DNA from: a virus
Lineage: Duplodnaviria; Caudoviricetes
Virus record (IMG/VR): IMGVR_UViG_3300030329_000920
Location: 1 to 42,597 of that record
Direction: 5' to 3' (one strand)
DNA length: 42,597 nucleotides
The notes under the pieces are model-generated. The model was not told where the DNA came from. It ran no database searches and saw nothing but the letters and a program-made list of their open reading frames with translations. Below, in pieces: positions 35,439 to 42,597 of the stretch. Position 1 is the first letter of the stretch; every line of letters starts with the position of its first letter. The translations under genes were made by a program, and so were the position numbers.

Positions 35439-35796
35439 ATATATTGAGGTGCTTAGTTAATAGGCTAGCCCACAGCGTCAGCCGTATAATTAAACCGTGT
35501 AATAATGTGTTAATTTGAAATTAACTAAATTGTTTTTAAACGCTGTTAAGAACTGATTAATATTACTGTTAGTAATATCTATCACGCCTTCAAAGCGTCT
35601 AGTATTATCTTTAAATAATCTATAAACTTTAATTTTATAAAAATTGTTTTTATAGTCATTGCCGATTGTCCTTAAATAATTATTTAAGACAATTTCATAT
35701 TTATTATTTTTTAAAGTGTTATTTTGTTTCATAGTTTCACCCTTCCATTCCATAGTTTTAAAAAAACTAGCCTATTAACAAAGCACCAAAATATAT
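35439..35796. repeat. inverted repeat pair A (27/30 bp; arms 35439..35468 and 35767..35796)
   Basis: ATATATTGAGGTGCTTAGTTAATAGGCTAG versus CTAGCCTATTAACAAAGCACCAAAATATAT. Confidence 0.9.
35490..35732 (-). CDS. first early gene, hypothetical
   Basis: 80 aa from MKQNN; leader essentially the same as that of the 35383 start. Confidence 0.65.
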   Translation of the reverse strand: MKQNNTLKNNKYEIVLNNYLRTIGNDYKNNFYKIKVYRLFKDNTRRFEGVIDITNSNINQFLTAFKNNLVNFKLTHYYTV

Positions 35797-36515
35797 TATT
35801 GCAATCGTGACCTTCTTTTAATGTTTATCTTTTCGAATTTGGACAACGAAAAGCATTAAACCGCCTTCACGATTAAGAGGACTTTCAGAAAGTTAAGGCT
35901 CGACCATATCCAACAATTTAGAGAACCCTTCGCCTAGACCAATAAACCGCCTTACTGACTCAATTTTTATAATAGGACTGTTATAAAGGCCGTTTAAAAA
36001 ATGTAAAAAAATATAGCCTTATTTTTATTTAAACATTTAATTTATTTAATCAACCCTTAAACGCATTAAATTTAATAATAGATTAATTCATATGGACATT
36101 TATTTTATTAATAGGTCTTTAAGTAGTCTAAATATGTAAAATGCGTTTAAAGGTGCTTTTTTTAAGTCTCAGTGAGTTTTTATGTGTTTTGCGACTAATC
36201 ACACTAAGGCTAGGCAATAAGCCAATTTAAAGGTGTAGTATGAGATTGTTTTGAAAAAAAATAGACTCTATCTGAAACAAAAAGCCAAAATAAAACTAAA
36301 AGTTAGCTAAAAATACCCAACGGTTACAATAACCGATTAAAAAGGCTTGATTTTTAAGGAATTTATTAGGATTTTAAAAGAGCCTATGGGGAAACTGGCT
36401 CTTCTTCTTAATATGATAGGGTCTCAGATTTTTTTATTAAATTTATTCATGCACATACGTATTAATCTCTTTATTAGATAGTATGGTAAGATATAAAAGA
36501 TAAGTAACTCTGTAA
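35797..36515. other. non-coding region, probable junction of the genome termini and site of early host promoters
   Basis: About 700 bp, AT-rich, no ORF; lies between the last late gene and the first early gene, where T7-like terminal repeats collapse in assemblies. Confidence 0.6.
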
Positions 36516-36986
36516 TCATAAGCTTCCAATCACCTTAGACAACAATATAGTATACCTACTGTCCTCTGCGTAACCACCAAGGTTATGCACTAAGACATCT
36601 AAGGAAACACCTTTAGCTTTTAATACCCGGAATTTGACATAATTATGGTGAGTCTCAATAACGTCTATGTAGTCTTCAACTGACTCGCATACATCGTTAT
36701 ATACCTTTACCCCAAAGTTAGCATTAGGGTTATCTAAAGGTTTTAATTGTGGTACGTGGCTCTTAAATGTCCTGATACCGAATAAGTTATTACCTTCTTT
36801 AGCAAATCTACTAGTACCCCATCCACTCTCTAATGCTGCTGTACCTATAATTAGTTTAATGGGTATGTCCCGGTGGTCAATTGCTTGTATACACCCTTCT
36901 ACCCTCTCTATGAACTTTTCTTTAACACTACTAGAGTATACTATAGTACTCCATAGTATACATATAACTAACACTATATATCTCAT
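36516..36986 (-). CDS. GH73 glucosaminidase (Bax-like) peptidoglycan hydrolase with N-terminal hydrophobic signal
   Basis: AALESGWGTSRFAKEGNNLFGI and YAED..Y motifs; start at MRYIVLVICILW. Confidence 0.85.
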   Translation of the reverse strand: MRYIVLVICILWSTIVYSSSVKEKFIERVEGCIQAIDHRDIPIKLIIGTAALESGWGTSRFAKEGNNLFGIRTFKSHVPQLKPLDNPNANFGVKVYNDVCESVEDYIDVIETHHNYVKFRVLKAKGVSLDVLVHNLGGYAEDSRYTILLSKVIGSL

Positions 36987-37002
36987 TGGGTAACCCCCCT
37001 CT

Positions 37003-37026
37003 TGGTTCATATAGGGGTACTATTAA
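37003..37026 (-). promoter_or_regulatory. phage RNA polymerase promoter near the right genome end
   Basis: Minus strand TTAATAGTACCCCTATATGAACCA. Confidence 0.88.
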
Positions 37027-38732
37027 AACCACCTTGTATCTTGGTGCTTTCTACCGAGAGCATTTTCCATAAATCTATCTAAATCTTTTTGTAAAAGGTC
37101 ATTCTTATGCTCATTAAAGGCCAATACTTGGTCTCTATCCATTCTTTCTACCCAATAGCCCACAGCAATAGATAATGCGTCTAAAGCGTCATCATGCCTT
37201 AAAGAACCCTTATCCTTTGTTATTCTAGTCATTTGTTTAAACAATTGGTGGTCTACGTCTTCTTTAAAATCTTCTTTGACTAATTCTTGGCTAATAACTA
37301 GCCTATGTTGGTTCATAACAGGCTCTAGAGTGTCTATAATACGTAATTCCTTCTGTTTAGAGTGTCTTACCTCTTCAATACTACAAGGATGTATTCTAGA
37401 CATTATAGGCTTCAATAATTGTGTAGCCATCCCATCACCAAAGTTACTCTCAATAACAACATAGTTAACGTCATTATCTTTTGCCATTTGGCTTAATCGT
37501 TCTAAAGTTTGGTCACTATATCCACCTTTCAATCCGCCAGCAGCAGTCAAATACAAGACACCATGCAACATTTTAACTATTGCATAGCCAGTTCTGTCTT
37601 GTCCACGACCTGAGGGGTCAATAGACATAACAGAACCTTCAAATGGAGCATATTCATTGCTCATGTGCATTGGGGCTACCCAATAGTCACCTTTAAGTCC
37701 TACATTCGGTAATTCACTGTCTATGGCTTTAATTTGTTCAATACCACCAGCCCATTGTATCTTTGCTGGTGCTTCTTTCCAAGATTCTATCCCAGAAACG
37801 CATATTAAATCGTTTAATTTAAGAGGGTACTTTTCTAAATCGCTTAATGTTGTATCAAGCATAAATTGAAGAGCAAAACCACTACGACCATAAGATGCTT
37901 GACGTTCCATTAGGTCTACTTCATCAAATCTTTTAGGGTCTGTTGGCTTACCTTCTAATTTTTTATCTTCTTTTAATTCATTTAATATTTTAGGAGCAAG
38001 TTTACTGCCTAAATTTATTATTTGAGTTTTAGTAGGATATAATGCAGTCCATATTCTAGTGTCGAAACCACGTTCTTCAAGGTCATTGTATAATGACATT
38101 TCAGTCTGTGGAGTTCCTAGGAATACAATACGTCCTACTTCAGGTTTGATGATAGCGTCAAATTCTTTAACAGTCTCACCCAACCTATCCCTCATTAATT
38201 GTGTTTGGGAATTGTTTGCTGACTCAACGTCATCGGCAATAATTAAATCTGCTCTTGACCCGGTTAGCTGCGATGTAACGCCTAATGATTTAACGGAAGG
38301 AGCGTGAGAGGCTCTTGCCGGGGCTACATCAAAACTTACTTTAGAATGTCTTTGGTCATCTCTAGGTGCTAAATGTTTTAGTATAGGCATTTCACCTATT
38401 AGTCTTTGAGTAAAAGTACTAAAATCATCAGCACGGTTTTTAGATGCTGAAACAACAAGTATGTTTCTTTGAGGGTTAAGTAATAATTGGTGACATACAA
38501 ATGCAGATGTAATCCAAGATTTTCCTACACCACGAAAAGCTTCTATAACGATACGTTTAGAACCGTTTTGTAGGTAGTCTGCTATGTCATATTGTATAGG
38601 GGTAGGGTCAGGAAGATTAAGATGTTTCCATGCAAGGTATAAAAAGTTTTTGAAGTTTTTTAACTGTGGCTCAATTTCCTTTTCTTTTGTTTTAGACCGT
38701 CCCACCATAACTGGTGTTTTCTTCTTCATCAA
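37023..38732 (-). CDS. terL: terminase large subunit (gp19-like)
   Basis: EAFRGVGKSWIT, TGSRADLIIADDVE, LGTPQ, IDPSGRG.D, ESNFGDG and HDDALDAL motifs. Confidence 0.97.
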   Translation of the reverse strand: MMKKKTPVMVGRSKTKEKEIEPQLKNFKNFLYLAWKHLNLPDPTPIQYDIADYLQNGSKRIVIEAFRGVGKSWITSAFVCHQLLLNPQRNILVVSASKNRADDFSTFTQRLIGEMPILKHLAPRDDQRHSKVSFDVAPARASHAPSVKSLGVTSQLTGSRADLIIADDVESANNSQTQLMRDRLGETVKEFDAIIKPEVGRIVFLGTPQTEMSLYNDLEERGFDTRIWTALYPTKTQIINLGSKLAPKILNELKEDKKLEGKPTDPKRFDEVDLMERQASYGRSGFALQFMLDTTLSDLEKYPLKLNDLICVSGIESWKEAPAKIQWAGGIEQIKAIDSELPNVGLKGDYWVAPMHMSNEYAPFEGSVMSIDPSGRGQDRTGYAIVKMLHGVLYLTAAGGLKGGYSDQTLERLSQMAKDNDVNYVVIESNFGDGMATQLLKPIMSRIHPCSIEEVRHSKQKELRIIDTLEPVMNQHRLVISQELVKEDFKEDVDHQLFKQMTRITKDKGSLRHDDALDALSIAVGYWVERMDRDQVLAFNEHKNDLLQKDLDRFMENALGRKHQDTRWF

Positions 38733-38919
38733 ACGGTAAATCTTCTGTTATATTTTTAGGTGTTTCTTTTTCTATTTCTACACCAAATGTTTTACAAACT
38801 TCCAGACAAACCTTGAGTTCACTAGCAGTAAGTTTTTCACCGCTAGTGAGATACTCATAGGCTTTGTCTACTAAAAGTGTCGGAAGGATTTTGCTTTTAG
38901 CTTCGAATGAGTTAGCCAC
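38692..38919 (-). CDS. terS: terminase small subunit (gp18 position)
   Basis: 75 aa; L.SGE.LTASEL.V...LPF pattern; directly upstream of terL. Confidence 0.65.
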   Translation of the reverse strand: MANSFEAKSKILPTLLVDKAYEYLTSGEKLTASELKVCLEVCKTFGVEIEKETPKNITEDLPFDEEENTSYGGTV

Positions 38920-39038
38920 TAAAATATACTATTCCACAATACAATTAAGAGTATTGCTGCTACTCCATAAATAAATAATTTAAGTCCTCTTGGTAATCCT
39001 CTCCATGAGTATTTAAATTCGTCTAAAAAATTTTGCAT
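38919..39038 (-). CDS. 39-aa membrane micro-protein
   Basis: Hand-translated MQNFLDEFKYSWRGLPRGLKLFIYGVAAILLIVLWNSIF; AGGAG RBS; TAGTG overlap with terS. Confidence 0.7.
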   Translation of the reverse strand: MQNFLDEFKYSWRGLPRGLKLFIYGVAAILLIVLWNSIF

Positions 39039-39046
39039 TTATTCTC

Positions 39047-39430
39047 CTATTTCTTTTTAAATAATTTAGTTGCACCCTTAATTCCAAAAGACGCACTAAC
39101 AATTAATCCTAAACTGTAAAAATACCAGTCAGGCGTTTGCTCTAAGGCTTGAAACCCTCTTTCTACATAAGTAACTGTAAAAGGTATAAAGCACAAAATT
39201 AATGGAAGTGAGAAAACAATAGTTAAGTATTCATCTTTCCACGAACCTTGTGAACCTTTAATTGCTTCTAAATCCCAGTCAGCTTCACCTTTTATTTGAG
39301 CTTCCATTAGAGAAGTTTTAGCTTTTATTTCTGTTACTTTTTGTTCAGCTTTAGCTTTTTTTGTGTCTACAAAGCCTTTTACGCTTGTAGAGACAATATC
39401 AACGACTGGCCCTAAAAGTAAATTTAGCAT
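39047..39430 (-). CDS. putative holin (3TM holin-like)
   Basis: SWKDEYLTIVFSLPLILCFIP...P.WY...LIVSASFGIK with a basic C-terminus. Confidence 0.65.
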   Translation of the reverse strand: MLNLLLGPVVDIVSTSVKGFVDTKKAKAEQKVTEIKAKTSLMEAQIKGEADWDLEAIKGSQGSWKDEYLTIVFSLPLILCFIPFTVTYVERGFQALEQTPDWYFYSLGLIVSASFGIKGATKLFKKK

Positions 39431-39555
39431 TTGCCACACCCACATTTACATTTATTTTTTCTTACTAAGAATAGTAAGATTACTAATATGATTAAGTTTA
39501 AAGCTGAAATATCATTCATCAGTAAACTTCCTATCATGTCTGATTTTTTATCCAT
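39424..39555 (-). CDS. 43-aa membrane protein with Cys-rich tail
   Basis: Hand-translated MDKKSDMIGSLLMNDISALNLIILVILLFLVRKNKCKCGCGKC. Confidence 0.65.
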   Translation of the reverse strand: MDKKSDMIGSLLMNDISALNLIILVILLFLVRKNKCKCGCGKC

Positions 39556-39605
39556 TAGTATCCTTTAGGTTTTGGCTTTGGTTTTGGCTTTGGTTTTTTT
39601 GGCAT
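39555..39605 (-). CDS. 16-aa Pro-Lys repeat peptide
   Basis: MPKKPKPKPKPKPKGY; AGGA RBS; TAATG overlap with the downstream ORF. Confidence 0.55.
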   Translation of the reverse strand: MPKKPKPKPKPKPKGY

Positions 39606-39608
39606 TTG

Positions 39609-39812
39609 TTATCCTATCTTTAAAATTTTCATTATTGTCCATATTGCACCGACTGTAGCACCAATCCACATAACAGCTTTAATACTACCTTTGCCTGTAG
39701 CCATTTCTTGTTTAAGTGATTGTATAGCTGACCTATTTTCTTTAACTTCTGTCTTTATCTCATCTAAAGATTTTTTAATGTCAGCTACTTGTTGTTCCCA
39801 ATCACTACTCAT
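39609..39812 (-). CDS. coiled-coil protein with C-terminal transmembrane helix (lysis region)
   Basis: Heptad pattern followed by GKGSIKAVMWIGATVGAIWTIMK. Confidence 0.7.
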   Translation of the reverse strand: MSSDWEQQVADIKKSLDEIKTEVKENRSAIQSLKQEMATGKGSIKAVMWIGATVGAIWTIMKILKIG

Positions 39813-39874
39813 GTGCAACTCACTATTGATGACACTATTAAAATAAAAGCTAATACAAAAAACAATGTTCGCAT
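39809..39874 (-). CDS. 21-aa hydrophobic peptide
   Basis: MRTLFFVLAFILIVSSIVSCT; TAATG and ATGA overlaps on both sides; GAGGA RBS. Confidence 0.55.
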   Translation of the reverse strand: MRTLFFVLAFILIVSSIVSCT

Positions 39875-40107
39875 TAATATTTATCCTCTAGTATCTTTTT
39901 AATTTTTAAATTACCTTCTGCGTCAGGTTCTAATTCAGCTTTTACTAATCCACACTCATAACGAATAACATTACTTCTATTATCAGCAAGATTACGTTCA
40001 GCCTCACGTTTTAACTTTAAACAGTTTGACATACCACTAGTTAACATATGACCGTCCAAACTACTATTAACAAACATACAAAGTGCGAATACTGTTTCAA
40101 CTACCAT
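39874..40107 (-). CDS. hypothetical protein with three Cys
   Basis: 77 aa; VFALCMF...CLKLKREAER...YEC pattern. Confidence 0.65.
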   Translation of the reverse strand: MVVETVFALCMFVNSSLDGHMLTSGMSNCLKLKREAERNLADNRSNVIRYECGLVKAELEPDAEGNLKIKKILEDKY

Positions 40108-40453
40108 TTTGTCTTACCTTGTCTTTTAATTTTTCTACATCACCTAAAACTTTATCCATGTCTTTTTGTAACCTCTCAATGTTAACTCTGTTATTCATCA
40201 TAGACTCCATTTCTGTTTGTATTTTTTCTAATTGCGTAGCTGTAAACTCAATCAACATATACTGTTCATTGTCGATAGGTTTTTGGTCTGCGGCTTTTAA
40301 TAAGTCAGCTTCAAATAAAGTTGCTCTTAGCTCTAAATTATTTAATCTTTCAATCGTCCCAAAGTAAGCCCACACACCTATTGCTGTCGCTATAAGTATA
40401 CTTATTAGGTTTCGCATTGGCATTGAAATTGCCGTATTTTCTGAAATTTTCAT
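40097..40453 (-). CDS. N-terminal transmembrane plus coiled-coil protein (possible inner-membrane spanin)
   Basis: LISILIATAIGVWAYFG followed by a long helical/coiled region; lysis-region position. Confidence 0.55.
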   Translation of the reverse strand: MKISENTAISMPMRNLISILIATAIGVWAYFGTIERLNNLELRATLFEADLLKAADQKPIDNEQYMLIEFTATQLEKIQTEMESMMNNRVNIERLQKDMDKVLGDVEKLKDKVRQNGS

Positions 40454-40471
40454 TCACAATCAGGACAAGGA

Positions 40472-40660
40472 TTAATCATTTGCACTATCCCATTCATCTT
40501 GTAATGCTTTCAATCCATCAGTACATTCTTTTTCAGTAGGTTTGCTTCCTCCATCATGTACTATTAAATTTGCATAAATTTTATTTCCACTATCTGACCA
40601 ACCAAACCATTGACCTTTTCTCACTGTCACTAAATAATGTTCTATATGTGTTGGTCTCAT
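40472..40660 (-). CDS. small fibre chaperone-like protein
   Basis: 62 aa; QWFGW...IYANL...KPT..E....L..LQ..WD; follows a fibre gene. Confidence 0.55.
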   Translation of the reverse strand: MRPTHIEHYLVTVRKGQWFGWSDSGNKIYANLIVHDGGSKPTEKECTDGLKALQDEWDSAND

Positions 40661-40661
40661 T

Positions 40662-41192
40662 TTACGTGTCTCCTATTCGTTTAAAAACTACATAAGTTAC
40701 ATTTTGAGCTGAGTCACATTGTGTGTGTGCATTTCCATCTTGACTTGAAGTACCAAATCTAACTTTTACATTTGATGTATCTGTTACATCAATTATTTTA
40801 ACTAAAGTTGATGTTCCATAAACTCCATTTCCAGTCGCACTTCCCCAAGATTTAGAAGCATTACTATAAGAACTATTATTTGTTGTTACTTGCATTAATG
40901 ACTCAATATATTGATTATCTCCTGCACCAGAATAATTATGAACAAAAGTGATTTCCCATACCCCTGTGCTTGGAAAAGTCCATATGCCTGACGAAACCGA
41001 CATCCCTGTACCTAAATTTATAGGAGAGTCATCATCTTCTCTTTCCCAATTAGAACTTATTGGATTAACGTCACCTTGAAAGTTTGTGGTTACTCTCCAT
41101 GTGTCAGCTTCAGTAATTCCACCTTGAACATAATTACTTGTAGGCAAAGTGCCAGTAACTCCTTGTGCTAAATTTAAAAATGTCTGTGCCAT
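40662..41192 (-). CDS. short tail fibre/receptor-binding protein
   Basis: GVTGTLP..N...GITEAD.WR...SSGIWTFPSTG...KVRF...T...F.RIGDT; C1q-like beta composition. Confidence 0.65.
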   Translation of the reverse strand: MAQTFLNLAQGVTGTLPTSNYVQGGITEADTWRVTTNFQGDVNPISSNWEREDDDSPINLGTGMSVSSGIWTFPSTGVWEITFVHNYSGAGDNQYIESLMQVTTNNSSYSNASKSWGSATGNGVYGTSTLVKIIDVTDTSNVKVRFGTSSQDGNAHTQCDSAQNVTYVVFKRIGDT

Positions 41193-41504
41193 CTATGGTT
41201 TCTCCCAAACTGTATGTGTTAATTTTCCATCGCTATCTCTAGCAAGTAATTCATCATATTTATCTTCAGAATAATCTTGTGGTATATCTCTTAAAGATTT
41301 TCTCCATGCTGTTTGTTCTGAAGTCATTTCGCCTCTTGAAACCCACCAATCAGTTTGTTCTAAAAACTGTTGTCTTATTCTTTTAATTCTAGAAAGTTTA
41401 GACGCATCACTATTATATTCTGCAATATCTTTTTCTCTTTGTGCTTTTTCCTCATCTGTAAAAGGGGTAGGCACACCATTTATTATATTAATTAATTCAC
41501 TCAT
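41193..41504 (-). CDS. tail fibre assembly chaperone
   Basis: R...LEQTDW...W RKSLRDIP...W.KP motif. Confidence 0.8.
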   Translation of the reverse strand: MSELINIINGVPTPFTDEEKAQREKDIAEYNSDASKLSRIKRIRQQFLEQTDWWVSRGEMTSEQTAWRKSLRDIPQDYSEDKYDELLARDSDGKLTHTVWEKP

Positions 41505-42460
41505 GCGTTTACAATCCCATATACTCTAATGCTATGATACGATAATGTACCAGCATTTGTTTCAAATTTAATTCCATCTGCATTTTGATTTGCTGTAGCA
41601 CTATTAGCAAAATTACCTACATATAATTTATCACTACCACCATTTTTAAATGAGTATGTTCCATTTATCATGTGCCTTCCAAAAACATCTGTATTAGGGT
41701 CATAAACAGTAAAATCAAAAGCAACATAATGTGCATTACTATCACTATCTATATCTGCTTGTGCAAAAGCTCCATAAGTAGCTGTGTGATTACCATAATT
41801 ATTTTGTGCTTGGCTTTCTCCATCAGTTATATAACTTGTTCTTTCTAAATTTATGTATTCATTTGAATTTTTATCTGAACTACTTGCTCTCAATCTAAAT
41901 TTTATCCAAGTATCAGTAGATGGAGCAATCATGCCTATAATTCTGTAAGCTCTGTAAGTAGAAGAAAAAACACTATCAAAAGTAACTGCAGCTGCTGAAC
42001 TTGAACTCTCTGAGCCACCAAGATAAACTAATCCACCACTAGGAGCTTCTGCCCAAGTAAGTCCACCAGTATTACCAGATTGTGCTGTAAGCATATATCC
42101 GTTTGTTGGTGAGTTAGAAACTTGGAGTTTACTTTCATTAATTGCTTCTGCACCTACTTTAGGTTGAGTAACAGCACCATCTGAAACTGAAGTTAAAACT
42201 CCAACTCCAAAATGTTTTATTCCATTACATACTGAACTACTACTAGGAGTAAAATCAAAAGTAACAGTCGAGCCTGAAACAGTATAATTTCCTGATTGAA
42301 TAATTCCGTCAATTTGAATTTGTAATGCGTCAGCACTTACTGGTACGAAAGCTGTTGAGTTTTGTGTTAAGTTGAAAGTAGCATCACTTCCATTAAATGT
42401 TAAATTATCGAGAGTTGATATATTATCTATTTGGTCAATCCCTCTGCCTATGTAACTCAT
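41501..42460 (-). CDS. tail fibre/receptor-binding protein
   Basis: MSYIGR start, IDGIIQ, YTVSGSTVTF; C-terminal GGLVYL...FSSTY..Y...GIKF...IRVYGI domain. Confidence 0.7.
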   Translation of the reverse strand: MSYIGRGIDQIDNISTLDNLTFNGSDATFNLTQNSTAFVPVSADALQIQIDGIIQSGNYTVSGSTVTFDFTPSSSSVCNGIKHFGVGVLTSVSDGAVTQPKVGAEAINESKLQVSNSPTNGYMLTAQSGNTGGLTWAEAPSGGLVYLGGSESSSSAAAVTFDSVFSSTYRAYRIIGMIAPSTDTWIKFRLRASSSDKNSNEYINLERTSYITDGESQAQNNYGNHTATYGAFAQADIDSDSNAHYVAFDFTVYDPNTDVFGRHMINGTYSFKNGGSDKLYVGNFANSATANQNADGIKFETNAGTLSYHSIRVYGIVNA

Positions 42461-42597
42461 AATTTATCCATCTCCTCTTTTACTTTTGTCCATGTAATTT
42501 CTGAATGAGGACAAGTAGTAGTTACTATTGCAGTTTTTCCATTTGATTCTGTTCCTGTTTGCCAACTAATATTATTAAAATCTTCTTCTGTTTCAAT
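42457..42597 (-). CDS. C-terminal part of a small fibre chaperone-like protein (truncated by window edge)
   Basis: Hand-translated IETEEDFNNISWQTGTESNGKTAIVTTTCPHSEITWTKVKEEMDKL*; ATGA overlap with the 42460 start. Confidence 0.65.
   Translation of the reverse strand: METEEDFNNISWQTGTESNGKTAIVTTTCPHSEITWTKVKEEMDKL

Larger units (their letters stand above)
34340..35439. repeat. inverted repeat pair B (perfect 24 bp; arms 34340..34363 and 35416..35439)
   Basis: TTTGTTTATTGTTTAAGCCTTCAA and its exact reverse complement TTGAAGGCTTAAACAATAAACAAA. Confidence 0.9.

Noticed and set aside
30245-36325. 12-bp match TACCCAACGGTT at 30245 and 36314
   Set aside because: Many 12-mer matches are expected by chance in 42 kb, and there is no extension.
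35800-36500. Specific sigma70 early promoters and exact terminal repeat boundaries
   Set aside because: No convincing -35/-10 pair could be singled out by eye, and termini need read data.
876-40367. Plus-strand ORFs in the track (for example 876..1175, 1882..2334, 4129..4671, 25476..25820, 31619..31858)
   Set aside because: They are antisense shadows of well-supported minus-strand genes, with no recognisable motifs.
1-42597. Window ends joining into a closed circle
   Set aside because: The frame would be continuous, but it would join a fibre N-terminus to a chaperone-type C-terminus, so sequence is probably missing.

Overview
Near-complete, circularly permuted genome of an AT-rich T7-like podovirus (Autographiviridae). 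Essentially all real genes lie on the minus strand. Reading the minus strand from about 36 kb downward gives: early genes (GP88-like protein, C5 DNA methyltransferase, small ORFs), a MarR/wHTH regulator, a tyrosine integrase, attP (the 5' half of tRNA-Ser(GCT)), single-subunit RNA polymerase, SSB, endonuclease I, primase/helicase, family A DNA polymerase, 5'-3' exonuclease, class I ribonucleotide reductase alpha and beta, portal, scaffold, capsid, tail tube A/B, internal virion proteins and tail fibres. After the window break come more fibre/chaperone pairs, a lysis and micro-ORF cluster, the terminases and a GH73 hydrolase. This gene order matches the temperate HTVC019P-type pelagiphages, so a SAR11 host is inferred, not shown. 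The window ends are not contiguous: the gap falls inside the tail-fibre array. Most notable: (1) two abutting long-range inverted-repeat pairs that loop out early genes, resembling pre-rRNA RNase III stems; (2) an attP that replaces the 5' half of a tRNA, which would place the host tRNA promoter in front of the RNA polymerase gene, surrounded by a palindromic AAYCC-N6-GGATT motif that also overlaps two phage promoters; (3) a gp16-position ejection protein encoded as two ORFs with Cys residues on either side of the split; (4) strand-biased AGGGGCGA repeats; (5) apparent avoidance of GATC and CCWGG; (6) several translationally coupled micro-ORFs below the ORF-track cutoff.
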